Positions 36,877 to 48,533 of a stretch of 64,000 bases of DNA are shown here, one piece after another. Below the pieces are notes generated by a model. The model had not been told where the DNA came from, did not search any database, and saw only the letters and a program-made list of their open reading frames with translations. The position numbers and the translations under genes were made by a program. The stretch is from Haliotis rufescens (taxonomy: Eukaryota), in NCBI RefSeq assembly GCF_023055435.1, contig NW_025964112.1:14322001-14386000 (forward strand). Direction: 5' to 3'. Numbering within the stretch: the first letter of the stretch is position 1; each line of letters opens with the position of its first letter.

Positions 36877-37079
36877 TTCAGATCAGAGACACTTCTTCAA
36901 TATTCATCCCATAGTGAAGCTTGATACTGGTTTGGCCATTGTCAAAAGTCGCAAGAAACCTTGTGCGCTCTTGCGTCTGAATAACGTTCAAAGCACTTGT
37001 GAACAATGATAATGTCGTCATTGCACATGGTGAATGTGGTCGTTACTCTTTGTATGTCTGTATGTAGAACTGTAACGTA

Positions 37080-37430
37080 TTGGTTGAAATTAATAGAGGT
37101 GCATGGTGGTATAGGATACCGAAAAAAGCTTACACTAAGCTTATTTATACTATAATAAGTTTGCATATAATATTCGTGTTTCAAATTCGATCTTTCTTAT
37201 CTAATGGATTTGGTTGTGTGTGGTTATCTCCGTCAGTTGGTGATAAAGTAGCGTTTCTTAAGATATTAAAATATGTTCTGATAAACATGTGTTTTCAGTT
37301 TTGGAATAGCAGTTTGAACAATAGTTCATGGTGCAGATTGTATAGAGAGTTCAAAACTTTATTTAAGCCTGAGAAGTATCTGTAATCTCAGACAAAAGAC
37401 AATAGTATAACATGCTTACTAGTTTGTTAA
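37080..37430 (+). mobile_element. Decayed LINE ORF2 C-terminal remnant (RTE-X/CR1-like)
   Basis: RIPKKAY...NGFGCVW...LYREFKTLFKPEKYL. Confidence 0.55.
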
Positions 37431-37452
37431 AATTGAAGGTACCCGCATACGT

Positions 37453-37604
37453 TGAGTGACTGGGTACGGATTTACGCCGCTTTTAGCAATATTCCAGCAA
37501 TATCACGGAAATGGGCTTCACACATTGTACCCATGTCGAGAATCGAACCCGGGTCTTCGGCGTGACGAGCATACGCTTTAACCACTAGGCTACCCGACCG
37601 CCCC
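37453..37604 (-). mobile_element. SINE family A
   Basis: Match to consensus. Confidence 0.9.
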
Positions 37605-38291
37605 TTAAGTTTAGTGTTATCACTTAGCACGTCCTGTATGTAAACTTGTTACAGAAGGTGAATCTCATTTTGCCTAAATCTGTAAGTATTATGGTGAGAA
37701 TATTACTTGACTGAAGATGTTTTGTCAATATAAAACCCTGAATAAGTTTCACATGCTCTAATCAGGAATTTGAGAAAAAGTACCTAAAATTCGTGTTCTA
37801 GGATATTAAAACCAATAGGATATAATGCATCACAGGGATTTAACACACTATCATACTACTGACCAATAACATGAAACGGGAATGTGTAAGGAAAAAGCGA
37901 TGGGAAGACTCGAGTTGAAAGGGAAGATGAAAAGGTCAAAATGTATCTTCAAAATGGCACACATTCAAGTACAATATATGACGTGATATTGGATGAGTGG
38001 GTGAATCGGATATACTTCTGCTACGAACAGTGTTTCAGTTGTATCACGGCGCGTTATCACAGCTCGTAGATATTTACCACATGTACGGACAGATATCTGC
38101 TGACAAACCAAGGGTAATGAACGGGAGGAATCAGGGATTCGAACCCACGTTCAGTGGATGCTGGGACCACTATGACGCAACTCTGAACGAAGACACCCCC
38201 TGTTGTTGGGCCACCCTGCCCCTGACTTGATATTACACGGAGACCATGTGCTCTGGACTTGATATAGGTGTTAGTGCTTCAAACAAACATA

Positions 38292-38605
38292 GACCGCCAC
38301 CGTGGTCTAGTGGTAAAGCGTCCGCTCGCAGAGCGGAAGGTCTGGTGTTCGATCCCCGGCCGCGTCATACCAAAAGACGTTAAAAGGTGGTACTTGTTAC
38401 CCTGTCTGGCGCTCCGCATTTAGGGGCTAAAACAAGGACTGGTCGGTGTACTGTGTCTGAGATGGGTGTTCATGTTAAACTGTGGCATGGTATCTCTGTC
38501 GGCTAGCACTATGAATCGGCATCAGTCAGAACTAGTACAAGCAGCCACACACTCTATAAGTGCAATAATCTTGGACGCGACGTTAAACCCCATTTCACCT
38601 CATCT
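38292..38605 (+). mobile_element. SINE family D (Meta/MESC-like)
   Basis: tRNA A/B boxes followed by the GTCATACCAAAAGACGTTAAAAG.TGGTAC core. Confidence 0.85.
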
Positions 38606-39039
38606 CAAACAAACAGTTCGTTACACAGATACTCATTACAGGAAACGATAATCCATCATCATTACAGCTTATACATGTACACCAACATGACATTATTTTG
38701 AACTATACTACGTAAACCCAAATGGACAAAAATATGTGCTATAATGACTTAAATTCAATTGGGCGTATTGTCTAGAAACAATATGTAAGTAGTTAGATGC
38801 TAAACGCAAGTAAATGATAGCAAATGTTAACCAGGAATCGGATTTAGGATCTCTATCAAAATGTACTCGTGTTTTTTGCTTTTTTGGGTTTTTTTAAATT
38901 TTCATTTCAATTCAATAGACATTAATGTAACATTGGGACATGAGGTATATAAGTGTAGCAATTCATGGAACCTTAAAACATGATCAGATATGGGTATGTA
39001 AATATATTGATTGACTGATAAATTAAAATAAGTAGGTTG

Positions 39040-40050
39040 ATAATTCCTTCCATTTTCTCTCGAATTTATAAATACTAGTATTTTTCATTGCGATAATCTT
39101 GTTCTATTTAACATACATCTTTCAATATTTTATAACGATAGAAAAGCATAACGGGGTTTTCCTAATGCTTGCCTGGTGAATGTATTTTTTGCAAGAAGAA
39201 TCATATGGTTGAAAAGATAGTCTAGACTGGTAATATGAATATCATATGCAAATCTCGAGTTTAGGTACACTTCAATTTCTAACCAAAATTCCTTTTCAAA
39301 AACGCATTCTACACATATATGGTATAAGTTTTCAGATTCAGAGACACAAAAAGAGCATATATCATCATCCATTAACTTCTTTTTCAATCATTCCTTTTTG
39401 GTATATAGAGCTCTATGTGTGAATCTGTACTCGAAATCTTTTGTTCATTGGTACACATTCTACAATTAGTGAAAACATTATTCCATAAAATGCTTTGATG
39501 AAGTTCATTTTCCAATTTATCACACATCAGAGTAAAGTTAGTTGTACCTATGTGTTTATCATAAAATATTCTGGAGCCCTTTGTTCTTATCAACAAGTCT
39601 CTCAAATGTTATTTATGTATAAATTAGCTGCCACTAATTGCCTTATTCCATGATTTAGGGATATTTAGCATTACTCTGTTGTAGTCAAGTAAAGTTCCTT
39701 TAATTTGAAATGTGTCTTATAATTCTTCAAAAAAAATAAATTATTGTTGATTTGGTGCTGACAACCCCCCCCCCCCAAAAAAAAAATAATTTTTTTTCAA
39801 AGTTATAAACTTATCAATATTTACACACAAAAGGAATATATGTTTTACTTGAAAGTTCTTTAATGTTGACAAAGTCGGTTTGGGTAAACTTGTCCTTAAA
39901 AATGATAATTGCAATGAATCAATAAAATTGCGGGTATCGATCATTCTCAGACCACCTTCTTCATATTTCCTTATCAAAGTAGATCTTTTAATTTTGTCTG
40001 GTTTGTTATTCCAAATGATTGTATAAAATAGTTTATTCAATTTTTCAATA
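39040..40050 (-). mobile_element. Decayed L1/Tx1-clade LINE ORF2 3' part
   Basis: IIWNNKPDKIKRSTLIRKYEEGGLRMID and zinc knuckle CSFC..ESENLYHICVEC..EFW, with multiple frameshifts. Confidence 0.8.
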
Positions 40051-42345
40051 GGGGGCACGGGTGGCCCAGTCGTCTGAGGCGCCGCGATTCGCTGTGCAGA
40101 GTTGCGTCCCTTTTGGGGGGGATACTGGCTGTCAGCTGTACTGGAAACGTAAGTCGCTCGGCACTGTCTGTCACATCGTGGCTCTAGAATCCGGTACTTG
40201 TCTGTATCCCTCCCACGATTGATATATCTGAACTGTTAAAACAATTAAACTGTACAATAACCTTTGAAACTTGAAAGTGTACCAACTTGGCTGCAACCGG
40301 AACTGGATCCATGTAATGTAAACGATACATTCCGGAAGTCATGTGACCCAGAATGAATAGCAATGAGGCCACACCTCCGAGAACTGTCAAAATGCGATTA
40401 AAGCCGGCATGACGTCAAATCCTAATTAAAGCTTGGAATTATATTGGGGATCGATTCTAGAAAGATCCCTTTAAACATCGGTTGATATAGACCATTGACT
40501 GTGATGGCATCATCACGCAACTTGATAATGTAAACAATCCGGTCGGAATGACCTCGGACCCCCCTGATCGCTATGACAATCGACGACTGTCAAAACATCT
40601 AAATATTGAATGTAAACTGTAATATTTTATACGGACGACAAATCACCTGCGACTTGCGACAACTGTAACTGTAACTTGTATGCTTGAATAATTACGATCT
40701 TGGAATGAATCCGGAATGGTTGTCTGAATCTCGGAACTGTCAGACGTCATCCGTACGTCAACAAGACTTTATCCGGATGTCCACAAAGGTAGATGATCAC
40801 TTATCCGCGATCTAATACTTAGGGAGCAGACCAAGTATTAATATTGGCCATTTAAATTAAAAGCAATACATTAAAAATCTCTTAGAATGCGAAAAACATA
40901 ATTTAGCTGTGACGTAACCCTTGAACCCTACCTTGCTTGTCAAAGTCAAACTTGCCGCTCCGAAGTTAACCTTGACAGGACTCTTTATAGGTGACTTAAG
41001 GTGACATGATACGCAACCGTGACGTCAGAAAATCCAAGACGGCGACTGTGAACATGACTGACGTGACTCAAGTTGGAATTTACTGTTATACTTGATTCTG
41101 TAACTTGGAAAAACGCTGCTTAAAGGTATGTCATCCTTATAACATACAACATGATGCTGGTACAATAGTTGAAAATAGTGTGAAGGCTGGGAGTTGTTCC
41201 ACTGTCATAAAAGGCTGGAAGTGTGATCTTTGAAGTACCTGTTAACCTTGCCAGAACAGGAATTTCTGTTACAATATCTACGTAGAAGCAAAGCGATTAA
41301 TGTTAAACCATACGCTGTGAACAATATAATTATGTTTCTTTGGTAACAGTATTTATCAACGGTTACAAATGGGACCGATAGAGTTCTTTTTATCAGGGTG
41401 TAGTCAAAATATAGTCAGATATTAGTGACTAGAACATTATGCTGTGTCCCGAAGTTATTCAAATGTACCTCTCACCTGCAGTCTATAAAACTGCATGCTG
41501 AGCCCTCTTATTCGTTATCCGAAAGATGATTCCCCCAAAGGAATATGTTGCACCTATCATGCATTCAGTGTGTGTCTGTATGTTAACTGACGTACATACA
41601 AAGAAAATTGGAACCTAATAGTGCATATATGACATATGTATTCTGTTAATGTACGTGTTCTTGCAAAGAGCAATTCAAAACCTTTCTTGGAAACTACTAA
41701 ACAGACAAATCGATATTTATAGTGTTCAATCATTTGAAAGATTAATGTTCTCCCATGAAAATGATACCCATGGGATGTTGGGTGTTAACTGATCCCAAAC
41801 AACATATGTTTGCCTGAGAGGCGACCATAGTGGATCGGGATTAGGGACTTGGTTGAGTGCGCGTCATCGTAGAACGATATCGACGGCTGTTGATGTGACT
41901 CTTTCTGCCGGCATACTTGATACGGCGATAAACAACAAACAGACAAACATGATACGACGGTAACCACTTGCACCGACTTGGTCATTACGGGTGGCCGTGA
42001 TATAGCTAGAACATTGCTGACCTTTTAAACGTGATTCCTGGCGCAATGCCTCAAATAGGGCGAAACCTATGTACCACATTAGAATTCCTTCATGGAAGTT
42101 TCATACGAAGCCCTGAATATTAAGTATTTTTTTTAAAAATGAAAGTTTCTCTGAAATCCCGTGAAAAATGTATTAGGGCATTCAATTACAGTTATAAAAA
42201 ATAATCACAGAGCATTTTCGTCAAAACAGATAAGGCCACATCTAATTTATGTAGACCGTTAGTTCTGGGAAACGGGTTGGTGGCTGGATTTAATTAAATC
42301 TAGAATTTTCCACAAAGAACAAACTACGATATTTTGTAGAGGACC

Positions 42346-42601
42346 TGGGGGCACGGGTGGCCCAGTCGTCGAAGGCGCCGCGATTCGTTGTGCAGAGTTG
42401 CGTCCCTTGGGTACGCCAGAAACCTATGATCCCGGTTTGCCCCGATTATGTTTCTAGGTTTGTCAGCACCATACCCGTGCTCGTGGGTTTCACCGAAGTG
42501 GTAAACGTCTGAGACCTGCATCACTTCGGGCTTTCCTCCCACATTAAGCTGACACGTCGCGATATAACTGGAATAGTGTTAAAAGCGGCGTTAAACCCAA
42601 C
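42346..42601 (+). mobile_element. SINE family B
   Basis: Match; B-box segment deleted. Confidence 0.85.
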
Positions 42602-42607
42602 AAAATC

Positions 42608-43440
42608 ACACATTGACGGTTTCGAGTGGGAAGTGACTGGCCCTGAGCAGCAAATAGAAAGCCTTCTGTTTCACTTTTCAGACCAGCCGACCTCATCCAA
42701 GCGAAGGACTCTGCAGGATTGCTTACCTTCTCAGCACACTGCACATAAACTCGATGCAGTTGTCATTCAGATAGCCGCTCCTTGAAAAACTGAGTCTGGG
42801 CCGATTTGATATGGCACTTCGCTTGATTGACACAGCCGACTCATTTCTGTACCGTCCAGCAGTACAGAACCATCAACAAAATCAACACTGACATTGAAAT
42901 TATGTCCCACATTCTTGGCTCGGTTTAGAAAACTGTGGAATGCCTTTTTTCATCATGAGTCTTGACATGCTTAATTATGATTGGTAAATATAAGCGATTG
43001 AGGGAAGAGCGAGTATGGTGGGATCTATTGTCTGACATGATTCTTCGCACATGTGAGGGTGTCAATACCCTGAATATCTTGTTTCGTCCAATTAACAACA
43101 CCAAAAGAATACAAAAGGACGGGTACAGCATAAGTATTTGTTGATTTGACTTTATTGCTAGCGTCCAGCTCTGAACTCCATATTTTCTTAAGTCTGCATT
43201 TGTACTCTGCCCGAAGTCTTCTCTTTGATAGGGGCATTCTGGAGTTTGTCCCTAACCTGCATTCCTAAGTACGTATAGGCCTGACCTTCCATGAGATGGT
43301 CAATAACACCTCCTCCAAATATACTGACTTACCCACTCTCTTCTACCTTGCCACATTTCAGATGAAGAATGTTGCATTTGTCAAGTCCAAAGGACATGCC
43401 GATATCATTAGAAAAGGATTCGACAAGCAGAATCGGTTTT
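42608..43440 (-). mobile_element. Decayed R4/Dong-type non-LTR retrotransposon RT fragment
   Basis: FSNDIGMSFGLDKC, SELDASNKVKSTNTYAVPVLLYSFG and LKSETEGFLFAAQGQSLPTRN. Confidence 0.75.
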
Positions 43441-43452
43441 TGTTTTTTTTTA

Positions 43453-43500
<48 letters not shown>
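43453..43500. repeat. (ATT)n microsatellite
   Basis: About 16 ATT units. Confidence 0.95.
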
Positions 43501-43875
43501 GATTGCGTGTCATCGTACTTGTCGGTACATGATATCATAATATCAAACGCACGTCTATCTGGGTCCGTCTTTATTATTTACCTAGTAAACACAATAACCA
43601 CGTCACCAGCATGTGCACCCGATCGATTTATAGTCGTCTCTTAGGACACGCGGAGCTGGGGACATGTTCTAACCCATGTCCCAGGGTAAGGGTTTAAAAC
43701 TATCACAATGCCTACAGGGACAAACACACTGAACTGTCCCTGGAAGATAAGGGTCACGGGTTTTGGCTTCATATAATGTAAACATGGACATAATTCTTCA
43801 GCTTGGTTCTGTGTATGTTTCCTCGAAAACATTTATGGCAATATATCCTAAGACATACTCTACACCTGGGTATTA

Positions 43876-44218
43876 CCGTATTCGACGTAATAAGCGCCCA
43901 GGGCGCGCTCAAAATTAAAAATAGGGGGTTCTTATTAGAATATTATTTTGGTGGAAAAAAACAGTTGAAAGATAAATTTCGTGGTTTATGCTGACGGTCT
44001 GAACTGTTTATATACGACAGATATATTTTTCCAGAATTTAATTGCCCATAATTGAGGGTGCATATAACACACGAGTGCGTATTATACACGAAGAAATAAG
44101 TCTTGTGTACATTGATCAATGGGAAGGGATGCTAATTGGGATTGTTCACTTGCCAATATATAAGCAAATATCGCCGTGGGCGCATATTAGAGCGGGGCGC
44201 TTATTACGTCGAATACGG
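43876..44218. mobile_element. pogo/Tc2-type MITE with perfect TIRs and TA TSD
   Basis: TA|CCGTATTCGACGTAATAAGCGCCC ... GGGCGCTTATTACGTCGAATACGG|TA. Confidence 0.9.
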
Positions 44219-44334
44219 TATTACATCTACATTATCTTCCAAATATTACTCACTGCAATTTTAAATTTGAATCCCTTGGTTTGCTAAACACCAAGAAGAA
44301 CTATGCATTTCTATTGATGTCTCTAGATGTTACT

Positions 44335-44500
44335 GGGGTGGTCGGGTAGCCTAGTGGTTAAAGCGTTCGCTCGTCACGCCGAAGACCCGGGGTCGATTCC
44401 CGACATGGGTACAATGTGTGAAGCCCATTTCTGATGTCCCCCGCCGTGATATTGCTGGAATATTGCTAAAAGCGGCGTAAAACCATACTCACTCACTCAC
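44335..44500 (+). mobile_element. SINE family A
   Basis: TSD CTCTAGATGTTACTGG. Confidence 0.92.
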
Positions 44501-44749
44501 TCTAGATGTTACTGGTTCATTTAAGTGTGAGCGGTCGATCTGTTGATCGATCATTGCCTACAGAGCTATTGAGCTGGCACCTCCTGTATCATGTATGTAT
44601 GACAAAGCTTTCAAGCTGAAATGTTAGTTTTATATTCCCAGTACCATGACGCTTTACAAATGATGTTGAGAATACAATATTGAATACAACATATATTATG
44701 GTTTCTTTTATTTGTGCTGTAACAGCATGAAGCAAGTACTTTGCTGTAT

Positions 44750-45830
44750 TGATGTTTATAACAGACGCTTACGATGACAGTGTATTAAACTTGATGTAAA
44801 ATTTAGGTTTTATGTAACTTTGCCTAAGATGGCCATAAGCTGGATAAATTAACAAAAGGTAATATTTATCTTCGATATGGTTTAAGTTAACTTTTCTAAA
44901 TTCACGAGGAATCTTAAAATTTCGACCACGTTCAGATTAATAATTGTGAGAGCAAAGTCGAAAACGAGTCAATATGGCCCTTCATATATTTACAGTAATA
45001 CCAATCACATGAAATGGATGCTTTAAACTGTAAATTAATAAGCCATTTGGGAATTGACAGGTAAGTTACATGTAAAAGGTTGTCTTTTAACCGCTGTCGT
45101 AACATGTATATACATACGGTTTGATTACCATGTCAAATCATCAAATCCTAATCTAAAAAAAACAGTTTCCAGTTTCGCTACCCAATTTACGTTGCCTCCT
45201 TCATCGTACAAATGTAACCTATAAGGTAAACAAAATTCCTGCATATTAATAAGAGACAGCCAATATTTGACACATTTCAAACCCGCAGGCAACTGAATAG
45301 AATATCTACCACACACGCCTAACACCCCATTATTTGAAGTCGATAACTTTACATTAAAAAACGCTTTCAAGCATTGCATCCCTAAATAGTCTTTTGTTTA
45401 AAGGGGCGGTCGGGTAGCCTAGTGGTTAAAGCGTTCGCTCGTCACGCCGAAGACCCGGGTTCGATTCCCGACATGGGTACAATGTGTGAAGCCCATTTCT
45501 GGTGTCCCCCGCCGTGATATTGCTGGAATATTGCTAACCATACTCACTCACTCACTTTTGTTTAAATTGATGTGAAAACTTCACAGATGATACTCAGGAG
45601 GCTTATGGTCCTTTACTGGAACAGATGCTTCTCCTTTCTTACGCAAAGGGATGATTATCCCAGTAGACCAGCATTCCAGGAAAACACCATTTGAATAAAT
45701 GTTGTTAAATATGATTTCTATATACAGTATTATAACAGCAGACGAATGTTTGAGATACTAGTATTCACTGAGGATGTCATTAATACCAGCTGATTCATTA
45801 TTATTATTAGGGCACTGATGCTTTCAAAAT
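44750..45830 (-). mobile_element. Decayed LINE remnant (RTE-X/CR1-like) interrupted by a SINE
   Basis: VLGVCGRYSI..KCVKYWLSL..VNW in ORF 45125-45379; an IIPLRKKG-like RT motif near 45640. Confidence 0.6.
45403..45555 (+). mobile_element. SINE family A
   Basis: TSD CTTTTGTTTAAA. Confidence 0.92.
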
Positions 45831-46123
45831 GTTCGGATCTGGTGATCGGGGAATCTAATGTTAATTGTCAATCCGTGCACACAACCGGGACGTGTTCCAT
45901 TTATTCCGAGTAACTTGGCTACAAGCATAATCGCTTTTGACAGCAAGCATGGGTTGCTGAAGATCTATTCTACCCCGGTCGTCAGGATATCTAAGGAAGA
46001 ACATTTCATTTGTTTACTTCTCTGAATCATGATGGCTTAAAATAACACTTTATTCGAAGTTTTAAATGTTTTAATCACTGGCTAAGAAACTCAGTGTGAA
46101 ACTAAACATACACATTTACACTG

Positions 46124-47188
46124 TCAGTTACAACCGAAACCAGAACTCCTCTTTCTACCCAATATATACCCTGCTGTTTGACAACAACCCCTGGCTTTCG
46201 CTTGGAACGATAGCTTAAATTCAAACTGTTTCATCTTTGCTTCGTAGATAAGGCCCTCGCCACAAAATTCTGGTAACTCCCCGCTTATCAACGTAATATC
46301 AATATCATATGACACGTGCTTTTGTAATCTGATTGGATTATCAAAGTACAGTTCGGATGTGGTGTCAGAGTAAGGATTTCTTGAAGTGTTTGTTGGCAGG
46401 AGGGTTTCCCAGATAAGGGTTTCTCCTCCACTCTTGCGTATCCACACGACGTATTCCCGGGGTTGTCTCCCCTCCTCGAAAGCTCCCCATGTGTATATTC
46501 CATACATCCACACATCCTTACTACACTCCAATGTCCTGTCATCCGTATTGAACTCCGTACTCTCCCATGTCTCCCCATCAATCCCATCAGAAGACGGGCA
46601 GAGATAAAACCCAGGGTCTTTGTGAGATTTGTGGAGGAAAACGTCCATCAGTGGGTCACGTCTATCTTGGAAGGGGAAGATACTACTTTCACAACTAACC
46701 ATATCGTGTACAGCCATCTGTTCCACATGAGTCAAAACCTCTGAAGGAAACACACTTTTGAGAAGAAATGACTGGTTCATTTTGGCAAATCTGATTTCAT
46801 ATAAAGATTTACTCAGAACAGCACGCATGTTAGCAGGAGATGCTTCCATGGACCTTCGCCCGCATTCCGCCGCGGCCCAGGTGAGTGCCGCGTTAAACAC
46901 CTGCTCAGGTGTGGCCGCTAGATACTCCGAGCTGACCACTTCGAACCAACTTTCGTAACAAATGTCCCTTGCACCAGAGGAAGCGAGACTGACATCTCCA
47001 TTGAGAAGGATCACCTGCAGAGCTTCATTGTGAGATTCGGTCTGGTTCAATCTGTGGGCGTCCTCCAGGATTTGAAATGCATTCTCTGCGGATAAGGATT
47101 TCCTGTCTACGCTTCCAGGGTTTGCATGATGCTCTGTTGCAGTCAGTCCCTGCGAGATTGCGACCAACAGGAATATGCTGTTCCACAT
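46124..47188 (-). CDS. BACK + PHR-like domain protein (BTBD1/2/3/6-related) lacking BTB, with a signal-peptide-like N-terminus, 354 aa
   Basis: BACK-type LSAENAFQILEDAH...EQVFNAALTWAAAECGRR....NMRAVL..LYEIRF.KM; PHR-like C-terminal half (VWMYGIYTWG, LYFDNPIRL). Acceptor TTACAG at 47190 and AATAAA about 70 nt after the stop (46049-46054). Confidence 0.8.
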   Translation of the reverse strand: MWNSIFLLVAISQGLTATEHHANPGSVDRKSLSAENAFQILEDAHRLNQTESHNEALQVILLNGDVSLASSGARDICYESWFEVVSSEYLAATPEQVFNAALTWAAAECGRRSMEASPANMRAVLSKSLYEIRFAKMNQSFLLKSVFPSEVLTHVEQMAVHDMVSCESSIFPFQDRRDPLMDVFLHKSHKDPGFYLCPSSDGIDGETWESTEFNTDDRTLECSKDVWMYGIYTWGAFEEGRQPREYVVWIRKSGGETLIWETLLPTNTSRNPYSDTTSELYFDNPIRLQKHVSYDIDITLISGELPEFCGEGLIYEAKMKQFEFKLSFQAKARGCCQTAGYILGRKRSSGFGCN

Positions 47189-47195
47189 TCTGTAA

Positions 47196-47360
47196 CAAAT
47201 ACAACACTCCTTGATTTATGTGACGGGAATACGTTGCCCCACACACTGCAACTGATACAACAACTCTTGATATATGTGACAGGAATACGTTGTCCACACG
47301 GCAACCGATGCAACACTCCTTGATATATGTGACAGGAATACGTTGTCTAACTGATACAAG
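47196..47360. repeat. About three tandem copies of a ~52-bp unit
   Basis: CAACACTCCTTGATATATGTGACAGGAATACGTTG... repeated. Confidence 0.8.
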
Positions 47361-47364
47361 AAGA

Positions 47365-48533
47365 ATACACCTCGTCGGGGTACAAAAGCACGGTTGTCGG
47401 TGTACAATGACACAAGTCACGAGAGTACAAGGACACACGTCGAGGTACAAGTATACACGTCTTCGGGGTACAAGGACACACGTCATCGGGGTACAAGGGC
47501 ACACGTCATCGGGGTACAAGGACACACGTCGAGGTACAAGTATACACGTCATCGGGGTACAAGGACACACATAATCGGGGTACAAGGACACACATAATCG
47601 GGGTACAATTACACATGTCATCGATATACCAGGAAACACGTCATCGGGGTAAAAGGACACACGTCATTTGGGTACAAGGACACACGTCATTGGGGTACAA
47701 GTATACACGTCATGGGGGTACAAGGACACACGTCTGCGTGGAACAAGGACACACGTAATCGGGGTACAATTACACATGTCATCGATATACCAGGACACAC
47801 GTCATCGATATACCAGGAAACACGTCATCGGGGTAAAAGGACACACGTCATCGGGGTAAAAGGACACACGTCATCGGGGTACAATAAAACATGTCATCGA
47901 TATACCGGGGGCACGGGTGGCCCAGTCGTTTAAGGCGCCGCGATTCGCTGTGCAGAGTTGCGTCTTTTGGGCACGCCAGAAACCTATGATTGTGGGTTCG
48001 AATCCCGGTTCGCCCCAATTATGTTTCTAGGTTTGTCAGCACCATACCCGTGCTCGTGGGTTTCACCGAAGTGGTAAATGTCTGAGACCTGCATCACTTC
48101 GGGCTTTCCCCCCACATCATGCTGACACGCCGTGATATAACTGGAATACTGTTAAAAGCGGCGTTAAACCAAACTCACTCACTCACTCATCGATATACCA
48201 GGACACACGTCATCGGGGTAAAAGGACACACGTCATGGGGGTACAAGGAAACACTTCATCGATATACCAGGACACACGTCTTGGGGGTACAAGGACACAT
48301 TTCATCGACATACCAGGACACACGCCATCGGGGTAAAAGGACAGAATTCATCGGGGTACAAGGACACACGTGATCGGGGTACAAGGACACACGTGATCGG
48401 GGTACAAGGGCACACGTGATCGAGGTACAAGGGCACACGTCTGCGAGGAACAAGGACATACGTCATTGGGGTACAATGATACACGCCTTCGAGGTACAAG
48501 GACACACGTCGTCGGGGTACAAGGACACACGTC
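47365..48533. repeat. 23-bp minisatellite (ACACGTCATCGGGGTACAAGGAC), about 35-40 units, with a SINE insertion
   Basis: Visible directly; it generates the many spurious repetitive ORFs in the track. Confidence 0.95.
47907..48187 (+). mobile_element. SINE family B inserted into the minisatellite
   Basis: TSD TCATCGATATACC. Confidence 0.92.

Larger units (their letters stand above)
41054..43812 (+). pseudogene. Putative small Cys-rich peptide gene, copy 2 (exons ending 41125; 43645-43812), with stop codons
   Basis: SWNLLLYLIL*LGKTLLKG|HAELGTCSNP...NTLNCPWKIRVTGFGFI*C. Its intron shares about 600 bp of diverged homology with the copy-1 intron (41750-42340 vs 35130-36160). Confidence 0.35.

Noticed and set aside
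44335-44410. tRNA-like sequences here and at many other positions
   Set aside because: They continue into SINE bodies with TSDs and lack a proper acceptor stem; they are SINE heads, not tRNA genes.
47365-48533. Regular short repeats superficially like a CRISPR array, and many overlapping ORFs
   Set aside because: Head-to-tail 23-bp units with no unique spacers, no cas genes and a eukaryotic context; the ORFs are repeat artefacts.
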